A DNA stretch of 64,000 nt from a virus, in IMG/VR virus record IMGVR_UViG_3300003272_000012, positions 16,966 through 80,965 of that record; one strand, given 5' to 3'. Shown here in pieces: positions 38,690 through 49,722 of this stretch (the stretch's first letter is position 1; every line of letters starts with the position of its first letter). The notes below the pieces were generated by a model that saw only the letters and a program-made list of their open reading frames with translations, was not told where the DNA came from and did not search any database. The position numbers and the translations under genes are program-made.

Positions 38690-39432
38690 GAAAAGATCGC
38701 AAAAAGGGTAAGTCTACTGGTAACTTAACACAGTCAGACATTATGGATAATATGCTGAGTGGGAATATGGTTGAAATCCCTGATCCAATGGCATTTAATC
38801 AGATGGGGTTATCGTCGGCAATTGTCAAACATGATGATGGTGCGCTAGAAATCAATAGTATTAAGGTACATCGGACTGGGCTCGAATTCGTCGGTAGCGT
38901 CACAGAAGAAGATTATCAATTATTTGGTGAAACACTACTGCAGATTGAAACAGCATATCAATGGATTGTCGGTGATTATCTGGCATATGGTGTTGATAAT
39001 AACTATGGTATGGCTAAGGAGTTTGCTGAGAAATTGGGGCGCGATCCATCAACTGTTCGAGATTGGACATATGTATGCAATCAGATTGAATTATCGTACC
39101 GGTACGATAATCTTAGTTTTAAACATCATCGTATGGTTGCGCCAATGGATAGCCAACAACAGAAATATTGGCTTAGAGAAGCATCTGAGAATAGATGGAG
39201 TACATCAAAGTTACAGAAAATGATTGCAGAAGCACAGGGTGATGCATTACCTGCAAAGGTAACCGAGCCAATGTATAAGAAGTGGGCTGAGCAATCTCAA
39301 AACCGTGTAGAATTGGCAGTTGAAAAATATCAAGGTGAAACTGATGGGCGCAAGAGAAATGCTTGGAAGCGGTATATTGAGTCAGAGGTTGAGCGTTGGC
39401 AACAGGCATTAGCTAGTCTTGAGGATAAATAA
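38632..39432 (+). CDS. LmbU-like DNA-binding protein
   Basis: QWIVGDYLAYG...STVRDWTYVC...LSFKHHRMVA...WLREA...WSTSKL resembles the LmbU family signature. Confidence 0.65.
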   Translation: MANDSTSCGGGKRMASDKMRKDRKKGKSTGNLTQSDIMDNMLSGNMVEIPDPMAFNQMGLSSAIVKHDDGALEINSIKVHRTGLEFVGSVTEEDYQLFGETLLQIETAYQWIVGDYLAYGVDNNYGMAKEFAEKLGRDPSTVRDWTYVCNQIELSYRYDNLSFKHHRMVAPMDSQQQKYWLREASENRWSTSKLQKMIAEAQGDALPAKVTEPMYKKWAEQSQNRVELAVEKYQGETDGRKRNAWKRYIESEVERWQQALASLEDK

Positions 39433-39434
39433 CT

Positions 39435-40247
39435 GTGGGTGTGCCTCAACTGACATTAGCAAAAATCAGGGGATATGCTCGATATTGGGCTGAGAATTTC
39501 ATATCAGGTGAAATAAGCAACCAATTTAGTGAAGGTAATCTGGCGCGGATTGGGGCGTACATTGGACAGGATCTCGGGTATGATCTAGCTGATTTTCTAG
39601 GAACTACTCCTCAGGATTCACACCTCGCGCGAGTTATTGTCGATGGTACTGAATATACTGGTTATAAACGTGGTGAAGTCTTTGATGCAATTAGAACATT
39701 TAGATCTGCAATGAGATCATTGGGTTATGTTTCACTAGATTATAGAGAACGAGAAGTCTTATCGTCAAAGTGCATTGAATTACTCGATGAAAAACCTCTA
39801 GCAAATATTAATATCTTTATCTCGTATCGCCGTGCTGAAAGTAGTCTCCTTGCGTTATATTTACAAGCACGATTTAGGAATGTAGGTGGTGAAGCATTCG
39901 TTGATGTCAATAGTTTAAAACTCGGTGACCCATGGCATTCTGCTTTAGAGGAAAAAGTAAAATCTAGTGCTAATTTTGTTTGTTTGATTGGACCATCGAC
40001 ACTCGAATCAGCATATGTTCGCCAAGAAATTGAATGGGCAATTGAAGCAAATGTTACCATCATTCCAGTGATGCATGATGGATTTAACGCAGAGGATAGC
40101 CTCAATAAAATGCTAGTTGAGAAGCACCCCTTTTTAGAAAAAATTACACAGAAACATGGGCATGTAATCACTGAAAATGACAACCCAAATGCGTACCGAA
40201 ACGCAGCTGATGAGATCCTGACGAGCCTTGGTTATGCGGTATTGTAA
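39435..40247 (+). CDS. TIR domain protein (C-terminal TIR)
   Basis: IFISYRRAES...FVDVNSLKLGDPW...SAYVRQEIEWA. Confidence 0.9.
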   Translation: MGVPQLTLAKIRGYARYWAENFISGEISNQFSEGNLARIGAYIGQDLGYDLADFLGTTPQDSHLARVIVDGTEYTGYKRGEVFDAIRTFRSAMRSLGYVSLDYREREVLSSKCIELLDEKPLANINIFISYRRAESSLLALYLQARFRNVGGEAFVDVNSLKLGDPWHSALEEKVKSSANFVCLIGPSTLESAYVRQEIEWAIEANVTIIPVMHDGFNAEDSLNKMLVEKHPFLEKITQKHGHVITENDNPNAYRNAADEILTSLGYAVL

Positions 40248-40380
40248 TTAATCTTGATAAGTTATAACCCAATCCTAACTTGGGATAAATCAACTTGCTC
40301 CACGAACTCCCCCACCGTGTAAGGTGCCCCCTCTCGCTATGTAAAAGGCTAGTATTTATGCGGGATAGGGCGGTTGGGAT

Positions 40381-40410
40381 AAAAAAAGAGTGCTGTGATG
40401 GCACTCTTTT
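40381..40410. terminator. bidirectional terminator
   Basis: AAAAAAGAGTGC-TGTGATG-GCACTCTTTT. Confidence 0.7.
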
Positions 40411-40545
40411 GGGTTATGTTGAGAAGGGGGTTGATTAGCTGTTTTGAATAATCATTTGCCCATGGTCAACTTATCATTCCTACCCTACAAAGTCACATAA
40501 ATGTATGCAGAGATGCTAAACCTTGGGTAGACTTAAGATATTGTT

Positions 40546-43500
40546 GTGAGTGGAGAAATATTGATGCAGAATCTGCCGATAATTTTTTATGTCATATTAG
40601 GTTTGGGTATACCTGGGCTTTTTGCATTTGGTCTGAATGTTACTGAAGATCTCGGTCAAGCGACTTTAATTACAGTCGCATATGGATTGATTCTAGTTGT
40701 GGCTGAGTTCATCCGGCAGGTTTGGAATAGAGTACAAGCAGATCTTGCTGACGATGCATCTAACAAAATTATCAAAGCAATCGATCAGTTCTTTTCGACA
40801 GATGAAAAGCGATATCGTGAACAGATGGTTTATAAACATCGAGCTATTGTTACTGAAGGGGTAACGCTACCAGGTGCGGGGAATCTATGGATCCAGAATA
40901 TTTTTGTGCAACTGGATATTATGCATACTGATGATCCCAAGAATGTTGGAGCAGGGTTAATCTCCAAAGAAGAACGAGGTGATGATGCAATAGATATTTG
41001 GTCAGTATTTGAAAAGGATGAATGGTTGCGATGCGCAATTATTGGTCCACCAGGTTCAGGTAAAACAACTCTTCTACATCATATTGTCATTGAAATATGT
41101 GATGACAAACATAAGCGCAAACGCCCTAAACTTATACCGATTTATATCACATTACGACGACATGCATTAACGATCAAGGAGAACCCTGAAGTTGCTTTGT
41201 ATGATTTGGCCGTTGGTGAGAAGTTATTTCGTAATCCGGAGCAGATGCCACCACGTGAATGGTTTGATGCACAATTGGATGCTAACCGCTGTCTGATTTT
41301 GTTTGACGGTCTCGATGAAATTGCGCCGTCATTGCGAGATGATGTTATGACATGGATTGAACAAGTCATGGATGGGAACAATCGTGTACTTATTGCATCG
41401 CGTCCGGGTGGCGCATATTCACAGCGTCATAGTTTGCTTGAAATGAATTTGACGGTGTTCAAACTTTTGGAATTCACACCGGATCAACAACGTGAGTTTA
41501 TTATGCTGTGGTATAAGACGAAAGAAGCTCGGCTACCTAAGCGAGATGCAAAAACCTATCAACGTGCTTTAGAAGAGGCAGAAGATCTCGTTCAAGAGAT
41601 TCAGCGACTACCAGCACTATCACAATTGGCTGTAAACCCACTGTTGTTAACGCTTATCACAAGTGTTAAACAGCCAAGTATTGACTTACCTCGATCCCGC
41701 CCAGATTTGTATGATGAAATTGTTGAAGTATTCCTATGGCGACGAGAAAGTGGGAAGAAGCGTGATGTGCCTAATGATGAAGATTTGCAAGATACCTATG
41801 AATTGAGCAAGAGTCAACGCCGTGAATTGCTTCAATTGCTTGCTTATGAATTAATGAAATGTGGCAAGGAGGATATTGATCTCGATACGGCTAAGGAGAT
41901 CTGGGAATTTGAGATTAGTATGTTGCCCGGTGAAAATAATAAGGTTGAGACGTTACTTCAATACTTTAAAGATAATACTGGTTTTCTGGCGGGGAGTGAA
42001 CATGAGGGTTATCGGTTTGCACACCGATCATTTTTGGAATATTTTTCTGGACATTATGTTGCATCGAAGCAACACGATCAAGATTTGATGCACGAGTTTG
42101 TTACTAATAGTGCATCTGATAGTTTCTTCTGGCATGAAGCTGCATTGCACTTTTGTGAAAGCGGTGCTGATGCCACTAAGATTATCGCTGAATGCATTAT
42201 GAAAGAGAAATCAATTCCACCGTTAGTTCTTGCTATGACGTGTATGGCGTTGAGTAATATTAGAGTGGCGCCTGATGTACGTGAACGCTATAAGGCTTTT
42301 GAGATTGAAAGTTTGAATCATGAAGATCCCGCTATTAGGCGCTGGGTGGCAGAAGCACAGTTACAAGTGCATCTGACTAAGATTGAGAAATCGCTTGGTG
42401 GTGGTCTGTTGTTGGTTGATGGATTCATTACGCAGGCAGAATATCAGTTATTTATAGATGACATGTTGGCACAAAGAATTAGTGTAATTCCTGATCATTG
42501 GGAAACAACAACCTATGAAGGTGATGGTACTGATCCAATGTTAGGTATGCGACACAAGGATGCTGAGATGTTTTGTGACTGGTTAACAGAACGAGATACT
42601 GTTTATGAGTATTTATTGCCAGATCTTCCCATAAATCATGGTGATTTTATAGTTTCCTACCATGTTAATAGTACTGACATTTTTAATACTCGTGCTAATG
42701 CTCTTGCTGGTGCTCGTGCTCGTGCTCTTGATCGTGCTGGTGATCTTGCTGGTGCTGGTGATCTTGTTCGTGCTCTTGATCGTGCTGGTGATCGTGATCT
42801 TGTTCGTGCTGGTGATCGTGTTCTTGATCTTGCTCGTGCTCTTGATCGTGCTGGTGATCTTGCTCGTGCTCTTGCTGGTGCTGGTGCTCTTGATCGTGCT
42901 CTTGATCGTGCTCTTGATCGTGCTGGTGCTCGTGATCTTGCTGGTGATCTTGCTGGTGCTCGTGATCTTGCTCGTGATCTTTCTCGTGCTGGTGCTCGTG
43001 ATCTTGCTCGTGATCTTACTAGCGATCTTGCTCGTGCTCTTGATCTTGATGGTGATCTTTCTCGTGCTCGTGCTCTTGCTGGTGATCTTGCTCGTGATCT
43101 TGCTCGTGCTAGCGATCTTGCTGGTGATCTTGCTCGTGATTTTGCTAGCGATCTTGCTCTTGATCTTGCTCGTGCTCGTGATCTTGCTGGTGATCTTGCT
43201 AGCGATCTTGCTCGTGATCTTGTTGGTGATCTTTCTCGTGCTGGTGCTCGTGATCTTGCTCGTGATCTTACTAGCGATCTTGCTCGTGCTCGTGATCTTG
43301 CTGATGATGTAGAGATAAGGAGAGTAATCGCCTATAGGCTATGTATTGCTATAACCGTCATTTCGAGCAGACACAAGCTAACTGATCACGAAATGATTTT
43401 CGACCCTAGGCTTTCTCAAGTGTTATTACAGGCTATTTTAAGTCAGTATTTAGAAACAATAATTGCATTATGGGGTCAAAATCATAGAACTTATCGCTAC

Positions 43501-43770
43501 TATCAAGCTAGCTTCTTTGAGCTATATATTTTATATCAGGTATCACAAGTTTCTCACCTGATAGATGATGTTAAAAATAAAGCTGGCTTGCTCAATCGAT
43601 ATCGCGAGGATTTGAAAAGCCTTGATCAGGTTAAAGAAGATCTAATTAACTCGTATAAAGCAAATCGTACTATTATCCTCCGTCAAACGGGTGACTTGAA
43701 ACCGACTGAGGCAATTCGGATTGTTAAACGGCGAAAACAGCATGATAAAAATGAGGTGACATCTGATTAA
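40546..43770 (+). CDS. NACHT (STAND) NTPase with N-terminal TM segments, FGE-like remnant and ARDL repeats
   Basis: Walker [40 protein letters not shown]; about 200-aa ARDL tract. Start may be ATG 40564. Confidence 0.9.
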   Translation: MSGEILMQNLPIIFYVILGLGIPGLFAFGLNVTEDLGQATLITVAYGLILVVAEFIRQVWNRVQADLADDASNKIIKAIDQFFSTDEKRYREQMVYKHRAIVTEGVTLPGAGNLWIQNIFVQLDIMHTDDPKNVGAGLISKEERGDDAIDIWSVFEKDEWLRCAIIGPPGSGKTTLLHHIVIEICDDKHKRKRPKLIPIYITLRRHALTIKENPEVALYDLAVGEKLFRNPEQMPPREWFDAQLDANRCLILFDGLDEIAPSLRDDVMTWIEQVMDGNNRVLIASRPGGAYSQRHSLLEMNLTVFKLLEFTPDQQREFIMLWYKTKEARLPKRDAKTYQRALEEAEDLVQEIQRLPALSQLAVNPLLLTLITSVKQPSIDLPRSRPDLYDEIVEVFLWRRESGKKRDVPNDEDLQDTYELSKSQRRELLQLLAYELMKCGKEDIDLDTAKEIWEFEISMLPGENNKVETLLQYFKDNTGFLAGSEHEGYRFAHRSFLEYFSGHYVASKQHDQDLMHEFVTNSASDSFFWHEAALHFCESGADATKIIAECIMKEKSIPPLVLAMTCMALSNIRVAPDVRERYKAFEIESLNHEDPAIRRWVAEAQLQVHLTKIEKSLGGGLLLVDGFITQAEYQLFIDDMLAQRISVIPDHWETTTYEGDGTDPMLGMRHKDAEMFCDWLTERDTVYEYLLPDLPINHGDFIVSYHVNSTDIFNTRANALAGARARALDRAGDLAGAGDLVRALDRAGDRDLVRAGDRVLDLARALDRAGDLARALAGAGALDRALDRALDRAGARDLAGDLAGARDLARDLSRAGARDLARDLTSDLARALDLDGDLSRARALAGDLARDLARASDLAGDLARDFASDLALDLARARDLAGDLASDLARDLVGDLSRAGARDLARDLTSDLARARDLADDVEIRRVIAYRLCIAITVISSRHKLTDHEMIFDPRLSQVLLQAILSQYLETIIALWGQNHRTYRYYQASFFELYILYQVSQVSHLIDDVKNKAGLLNRYREDLKSLDQVKEDLINSYKANRTIILRQTGDLKPTEAIRIVKRRKQHDKNEVTSD
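42690..43310 (+). repeat. low-complexity coding repeat tract (GATCTTGCT / CGTGATCTT units)
   Basis: Dozens of 9-18 nt degenerate tandem units encoding ARDL/AGDL. Confidence 0.9.
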
Positions 43771-44003
43771 ATGACCTTCACTTTATCAATATTAGCTGTT
43801 GGCTCAATAATTTGTAAATTATCAGTGGTGTCTTTGTCTTGGTGAAGTTGGTGTGTTTGTTGGATATTTCTCACACGCTCCACATAGCGTAAGGTTTGGT
43901 GCACTGGGTTGGGTCGAGTTGCCCAGTGCTTATTGAGTGACATACGGATAAGCATCTCTAAGCGGATCTCTTCGTCGGTTTTGGCAAGGTATGGATTAAA
44001 CAT
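43767..44003 (-). CDS. hypothetical protein
   Basis: 78 aa, coupled to the helicase stop. Confidence 0.5.
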   Translation of the reverse strand: MFNPYLAKTDEEIRLEMLIRMSLNKHWATRPNPVHQTLRYVERVRNIQQTHQLHQDKDTTDNLQIIEPTANIDKVKVI

Positions 44004-46987
44004 TACTGAACCTCTGCTCTACGTTCTTCGATGATCTGATCAATGAGTTCACGGATTTCAATTAAGTGGTCGATGCTGACTTCTTTGCGGCTAACGATTT
44101 GCTTAACTTGCTTGCGCGTCATTTCTGGAATACGTTTTTGCTTAGGCATTTGCACAACATTATCTGGTGCTTTATCTAACTTGGATTGTGCAGGTTTAGG
44201 TGACGGTACCAATACAATGTCTCTGCGTGGGTAGGCGTGGGTCTTTTGGTCGTCAAAGCGCACAGAAATGAGCTTGCCACCATCATCAGCAAAGACATCC
44301 CCCTGTTGGTTAATAGGTTTCACCAGAACACGAATGCCCTTCTCATATGGTGTGATTGCCAGTTCTTTTGGCTCAGCTATTTGGGTTGTTGGTGCTGGAT
44401 CAGGTCCAATCGGTGCATCGTATTGGAAGCGGGATTGGAGTTGCTTGGCTTCGTAATTGTTGAATTTGCCCTTGCGATTGCCTTCCATGATATGAACAGA
44501 GAAAAGGCCTTTGATATGGTCATAGGCGTGGATGATACCATGCTTACGAATGGGTTTAATGGTGACATGTTCACCACGACTGAATTCATCGGGTTCAACG
44601 ACGGTGAATGGTAGTGGTGTGTCGTTGTTATCTTTAAAAGCAGTAACTTCTGCACCTGCCATCGACTGAATGACAGTTAGAGTTGCGCGGACATCTGCGA
44701 GCGCATTGTGAAAGTCGATACCATCGGTATCAACACCTTCTTGTTCGAGCGCTTCTTGAAGTTTCCACCATGCGCCTGCACCATACCGACCAATTTTGTT
44801 GGGGTTATAGGCGACGTAGCGCAACATGGCACAGTGCCAGTCTTTTTGGTGTACGAGATACGGTACGCCGTTGGTGGTGGCTGAGTTATTGACCATCTGG
44901 CGATCAAATTTCATGTTGTAGGCGATGATGGTTTTACCTTTAACAACATCAACTAGGGTTTGGAATACATCACGGAATGTAGGGGCATCGACTAGCATAT
45001 CGTCAGTAATACCGTTTATCTCAGATGCTTTGGCGGACATTTTGTGTTTGACGGGTTTAATAAGTGTGTTGATGAGAGCGTTACCGTCATGGTCGATAAC
45101 AGCAAGTGAAACAATTTCGCCCTGCAGATGAGTGGTTTCGGTATCGAGGATGACGAAGTTTTTATCTGCTAGTAGCTGCTTGGCCCACTTAGCTGCATTT
45201 TCACCTTGTGGTGTTAATTTTGGTTCTTCGATTATTTCTTCTTCATCTGTATCAGCAGGTTGTTCAATGGTTTGTTCAGTTGCTGGTGTGAAGGCTGGAA
45301 GTTCGTAACCTGCATGACCAGGTAAGTGACCGATCAACCAATCTGGACAAACATCTTTGAGTACCACCAAACGATTTTTGGTGCGGGTAACAGCCACAAA
45401 CCAGACATATGTTTCGTCGATTGGGTTGGCGGTAACACGTGGTTCATTGGCTACTTTGCTGATGCGAAAATCGTCATAAAGGATAACGGTATCAAACTCC
45501 ATGCCTTTGGACTTATGGGCAGTCATCAACTTGATGATATGTGATCCAGCGTCTTTAACTTCAGTAAATAGGTCGTTGATTCTGGATTTAAGATCATCGA
45601 GATTGGTAGCGGGATGGTGATGCGATGAAGCAGTATGGCGTTCAACAATGACACGTAGGGCATCCAATGTATCGGCGAAGGCTTCGATTTCTTTCTCGTC
45701 CATCATTTTCTTGGTCATGCGTTCGACGTGCATGAGTTTGTATTTCTGGATGGTGTCGATTAGATTATTAAAGGTATACCCAGTGGTATCTGCAACTTTA
45801 TCAAGTAGGCGGGTGAGTTGTTTACCAATGTCACGACCTAGGACAGTTGCGGGAATGTCTGCACCAATGAGATCGAGGCACATACGAACGAGTGGGGCAG
45901 TTGTGCGAGCAATGATTGCAATTTCACCATCATTCTCATTACGGGTTTTAATGACCTCGGTGAGAGTGTCAGGATGTTTGTATTCAATTACACCCTCTTT
46001 ATCGAAAAACGGCTGTAACGACGGTTTAACCATATTGGCTAATCGCACTACACGACGTGGGCAACGGAAGGTGGCTGATAACGGAAAAACAGTTGCATTA
46101 AAATATTTGATGACGCGCTGAAATGACCCCGGCATAGCACCCTTAAAATTCATGATGGACTGACTCGGGTCTCCGACTATGACAACATAGCCACCATTGC
46201 GAACACATTTACTAAGTAGACGCAGTTCCATCTCGCTAATGTCTTGGGCTTCATCGATGAAGAGATATTGGGTCTGCCATGGGCGTAAGTTCCATTTGAC
46301 GGTGTAATAAACTTGATCAGTAAACGTCATCCAAAGTTCAGTTTCAATAACTTTTTCACCAAGGCTCATAAAAGCTTGCAAATTATCTAAACCAAAGTTT
46401 TTGATTTCATCATTGATGGCTTCCGCTTTAATATCATCTTCAATATCAACACTCGGTTCAAAGTCATACTGGTCGATAAGGCGAACCAGTGCTTTGATGT
46501 CGGTGTTATTCGTCATGGTGACTTGTGTTTTGACAACGAGTTCATCCATGAATTTGATGGCATCGTATTTGCAGTTGTCGGGGATGAGCAGGGCAGAGAT
46601 ACCATAGTCGTTGAAGTAGTCGCCCTCAAAGGCTTTAGCAGCTAGTTTTTTGTACTTTGCACCATCTGCGCCCATCTCGTCGAATGTCGGCTGGCGACCG
46701 ATACGGTTCTTCAATTCTTTGCGCATCGTTGACCATGCGATACTGTTAAAGGTCTTAGCATCAAAATTACTGTCTTTAAGCTTCTCATTTAGGTCTTTAC
46801 GAATGTCTGCACCAAAGCAGGTCATTTGCCCTTTATCCGTGACATATTGTGAAAGCAGGACGAGGGTGGATGATTTGCCACAACCGGGACCGGCTTCGAT
46901 ACCGATCGATTTAAGGTCTTTGGCTTTGATGGCTTCAATCAGCCGTTGTTGTTCAGGTGTTGGGTTGAAGGTCATGATATCCCTCAA
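44003..46987 (-). CDS. UvrD/Rep-like SF1 helicase fused to DEDDh 3'-5' exonuclease
   Basis: GPGCGKS, DEAQD, VGDPSQSI, TAHKSKGMEF, AVTRTK; then ILDTETT...HNALAD; two small C-terminal beta domains. Confidence 0.9.
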   Translation of the reverse strand: MRDIMTFNPTPEQQRLIEAIKAKDLKSIGIEAGPGCGKSSTLVLLSQYVTDKGQMTCFGADIRKDLNEKLKDSNFDAKTFNSIAWSTMRKELKNRIGRQPTFDEMGADGAKYKKLAAKAFEGDYFNDYGISALLIPDNCKYDAIKFMDELVVKTQVTMTNNTDIKALVRLIDQYDFEPSVDIEDDIKAEAINDEIKNFGLDNLQAFMSLGEKVIETELWMTFTDQVYYTVKWNLRPWQTQYLFIDEAQDISEMELRLLSKCVRNGGYVVIVGDPSQSIMNFKGAMPGSFQRVIKYFNATVFPLSATFRCPRRVVRLANMVKPSLQPFFDKEGVIEYKHPDTLTEVIKTRNENDGEIAIIARTTAPLVRMCLDLIGADIPATVLGRDIGKQLTRLLDKVADTTGYTFNNLIDTIQKYKLMHVERMTKKMMDEKEIEAFADTLDALRVIVERHTASSHHHPATNLDDLKSRINDLFTEVKDAGSHIIKLMTAHKSKGMEFDTVILYDDFRISKVANEPRVTANPIDETYVWFVAVTRTKNRLVVLKDVCPDWLIGHLPGHAGYELPAFTPATEQTIEQPADTDEEEIIEEPKLTPQGENAAKWAKQLLADKNFVILDTETTHLQGEIVSLAVIDHDGNALINTLIKPVKHKMSAKASEINGITDDMLVDAPTFRDVFQTLVDVVKGKTIIAYNMKFDRQMVNNSATTNGVPYLVHQKDWHCAMLRYVAYNPNKIGRYGAGAWWKLQEALEQEGVDTDGIDFHNALADVRATLTVIQSMAGAEVTAFKDNNDTPLPFTVVEPDEFSRGEHVTIKPIRKHGIIHAYDHIKGLFSVHIMEGNRKGKFNNYEAKQLQSRFQYDAPIGPDPAPTTQIAEPKELAITPYEKGIRVLVKPINQQGDVFADDGGKLISVRFDDQKTHAYPRRDIVLVPSPKPAQSKLDKAPDNVVQMPKQKRIPEMTRKQVKQIVSRKEVSIDHLIEIRELIDQIIEERRAEVQ

Positions 46988-47166
46988 AATATTGGACTAT
47001 TTGTTTGTTGTACATGTGTATTGCTCCGACAAAATTGTGTGTGTGAGTGACTGAATATGACAAATAAAGTATGATATACTTTATATAATCAGTATACTTG
47101 ATTACGATATGAAAATCAAGCAGTGTGGCATACAAAACCCATTGACTATAAGAGGTATATAGAGGG

Positions 47167-47307
47167 TTGAAGCAATCTGACTTAGAGCGCATATTTGATA
47201 CACGCTGGATACAGCTTAAAGTAAATCAAGCATTACCCGATCCGGTTAGTGAATACAAATTTCACCCGACACGAAAATGGCGATTTGATCGGGCATTGTT
47301 TCGGTAG
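47167..47307 (+). pseudogene. truncated PD-(D/E)xK endonuclease fragment
   Basis: MKQSDLERIF...LPDPVSEYKFHPTRKWRFDRA* resembles the N-terminus of phage EY.FHP.RKWRFD nucleases and stops before the rest of the catalytic core. Confidence 0.55.
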
Positions 47308-47336
47308 GGAGAAGCCCCCAAAACGGGGGCACGGAA

Positions 47337-48179
47337 CTAGTAGGATTCAAAGTGATCCCATAACTTGAGGATTTGTGCAACAATAGCGCCACATGTCGCA
47401 AATGCAAGGATAAGGGGCTCAAACGATTGGTCTTGGATTAACCAAGCGATAGACAGCATAAATATTATGAGGGATGTCAAATACTGAAAGTAGATACCGA
47501 ATTCAGTTCTACGGCATGAAGGGGAACTAAGTGAGAGTTGATAAGGCGGCGTTACCGCATGCGACGGCGGCTCGGGGTCAGAGTCATCATCATCACCACT
47601 GCCACCACCGCCACTCTGGCCACCACCTGAACGCTTTGAGCCAGAGGCGCGTGTGTTTGTTGCTACGCGGTTTTCTGTTGAGCGACGTTGGTGATGATGA
47701 TGTTGGGGTGGGTGATGATTGTTAAGTGGCTTGCTTGGATAAGAAAGTAACAAACGCTTTGGGCGATATCTACCCAAGTCTTCCCAAACTTCGCAATATC
47801 CCGAGACTTCTTCTGTGTTGGGGAAGTGATACGAATATACTTTAATAATGCCTAGTATGCCTGGTGTACTTGTATGTTGGCTACACCAGTTTTCTAATTG
47901 ATCCAATTCTGAGACCCTAGTAATAGTTGCAGCTTTGGTGTCAAATTCAGACAGAGCCTTATCTATATTTGAACGGTATTTATTCAAATCTTGACGAAAG
48001 TTCCTACGAATACGCCTAATCTCGCATTGAATAACCTGAGACTCTGGCACTAACTGACTTGGTTTTGGCTGAAACGCTTTAAAATTGTCAGCTATGAATT
48101 TAACCTGCTTTGCTGATGAAACATCTGTTAATGAAATGCTTGATGATTTACTTGAGCTATAATGGTTATTAAAAACCAT
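47337..48179 (-). CDS. hypothetical protein with Gly/Asp linker and C-terminal TM pair
   Basis: 280 aa; GGGQSGGGGSGDDDDSDPEPP low-complexity linker. Confidence 0.55.
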   Translation of the reverse strand: MVFNNHYSSSKSSSISLTDVSSAKQVKFIADNFKAFQPKPSQLVPESQVIQCEIRRIRRNFRQDLNKYRSNIDKALSEFDTKAATITRVSELDQLENWCSQHTSTPGILGIIKVYSYHFPNTEEVSGYCEVWEDLGRYRPKRLLLSYPSKPLNNHHPPQHHHHQRRSTENRVATNTRASGSKRSGGGQSGGGGSGDDDDSDPEPPSHAVTPPYQLSLSSPSCRRTEFGIYFQYLTSLIIFMLSIAWLIQDQSFEPLILAFATCGAIVAQILKLWDHFESY

Positions 48180-48350
48180 ACAACTATCCTTAACCTAATC
48201 TTCCGATACTAATATCATACGACATCTGAGGAAGCGCGCGCAAGCAAATGGAGTCGTGTGATTGCCGATACGAGCAAATACCCCCAGCGAATGGGGGTGC
48301 GATATTTGTATGAGATGTTATCCTTTGGTTATTTGAGATTGGAGGATGGT

Positions 48351-49130
48351 ATGTTATCAAGACTAGAAAATATTACAAATGCACAAGTTGGTTTATTACT
48401 TGGGATTTTGGCAGTTGTTGGATTAGGTATTTCAGCATCGGCGCATATTTTGGATGCAGGTATGAGCAGTGCTCTTGAGATAGACGACTGGTGGGCGTGG
48501 ATGGATGGCGCATTTCAGAACTTCAGCACAGAAGTCATTGGCGCAATATTGACTTTTGGTTTGATTGAGGTGTTGGTTGGAGCACGTGATAGACGTGCAG
48601 CGGATGCAGTGCAAGTGCAAAAAGACGAGCAAGAACGGGAAGAGCGACGCAAGAGCAACCAATTGCAAGCAGTTTCCGAGTTGAAACGGGCACAGACACC
48701 AGAGGAACGCCAACCGATTTTGGATCGCATGAAAGCTGATGGCTTGTTGCAGGGGGCGAACTTAAGGAGAGTGAATCTGCTGGAGGCGAACTTATTAGGT
48801 ACTAAGCTGCAAGGGGCGAACTTACATGAGGCGGATCTTGAATTGGCTCAATTAAGAGTCGCAAATCTGCAAGGGGCGGGCTTAAAGAAAACGAATCTGC
48901 GGGGGGCGAACTTATGGGCAGCGAAGCTGCAGGGAGCGACCTTATGGGATGCGAATCTGCGGGGGGCGAAATTAAAGGGAGCGGATCTCGACTCTAGTAC
49001 AATGTTACCTAATTTTACGATGTGGACACCCGAGACGGATATGTCCCGCTACACCGACCCTGAGCATCCTGACTTCTGGCAGCCAGATTGGGTGAAAGAG
49101 CAAAAGGATAGTGATGGAGAGGATTCATAA
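48351..49130 (+). CDS. membrane protein with pentapeptide repeats
   Basis: GGAGGA RBS before ATG 48351; two TM segments; A(N/K)LxG repeats (LQGANLRRVNLLEANL...). Confidence 0.88.
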   Translation: MLSRLENITNAQVGLLLGILAVVGLGISASAHILDAGMSSALEIDDWWAWMDGAFQNFSTEVIGAILTFGLIEVLVGARDRRAADAVQVQKDEQEREERRKSNQLQAVSELKRAQTPEERQPILDRMKADGLLQGANLRRVNLLEANLLGTKLQGANLHEADLELAQLRVANLQGAGLKKTNLRGANLWAAKLQGATLWDANLRGAKLKGADLDSSTMLPNFTMWTPETDMSRYTDPEHPDFWQPDWVKEQKDSDGEDS

Positions 49131-49230
49131 TTATCTATCTACAAAGTTTTAACAACCAGTAGTTGTCCATGGGCAACATGTTGGCTATAGATTTGAGCTA
49201 GTTCGATACGTATACATCACAGCTAAGTGT

Positions 49231-49290
49231 ACAAAATGCGGCTTGTGCGACTGACCCAGACAGAAATACCCCGTGAAAGCGGGGCATTTT
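49231..49290 (+). ncRNA. unidentified conserved RNA motif plus terminator, copy 2
   Basis: ACAAAATGCGGCTTGTGCGACTGACCCAGACAGAAATAC-hairpin-TTTT; matches 17550-17611 on the minus strand. Confidence 0.55.
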
Positions 49291-49330
49291 ACATAATTGG
49301 GCTTATGGCATCAATCCAGACAAAAGTACC

Positions 49331-49594
49331 TCACTTCGGTGGGGCATTTTTTGCTTTGCTTATGTAGTGTTTGTAATTTCTCTCAAATAAATACGCTGCT
49401 AACCAAGCGAAAAGCATAAGTCCAGCTGATGCCATTGCGATCTTTATATAAGTTTGACGTGGATCAGTTCCCATTGCAAGCTCAAAAGCACTTGGCTCTA
49501 TTTGAGTAGATTCATAAAGGATCACTAGTGTGAGAACTGCCGATATGTTTCTACATACTTTTAAAATGAAGATACCAGCAGGATTGAGAATCAT
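49331..49594 (-). CDS. small membrane protein
   Basis: 87 aa, two hydrophobic segments; near-duplicate of 49723..49923. Confidence 0.6.
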   Translation of the reverse strand: MILNPAGIFILKVCRNISAVLTLVILYESTQIEPSAFELAMGTDPRQTYIKIAMASAGLMLFAWLAAYLFERNYKHYISKAKNAPPK

Positions 49595-49722
49595 CTAAAA
49601 TCACCTCTAATCTTAATAACCAAAGTATATCAAATATTATACAGTAATAGGCAAAAGAGATATAAGACATATCGAGTTTTTCGTCGATTTACGACGACCG
49701 CTCGCGGTCGCCATAGGCGAAT

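Noticed and set aside
42662-43312. 216-aa poly-Leu/Val ORF that looks like a membrane protein
   Set aside because: Alternate frame of the NACHT ARDL tract.
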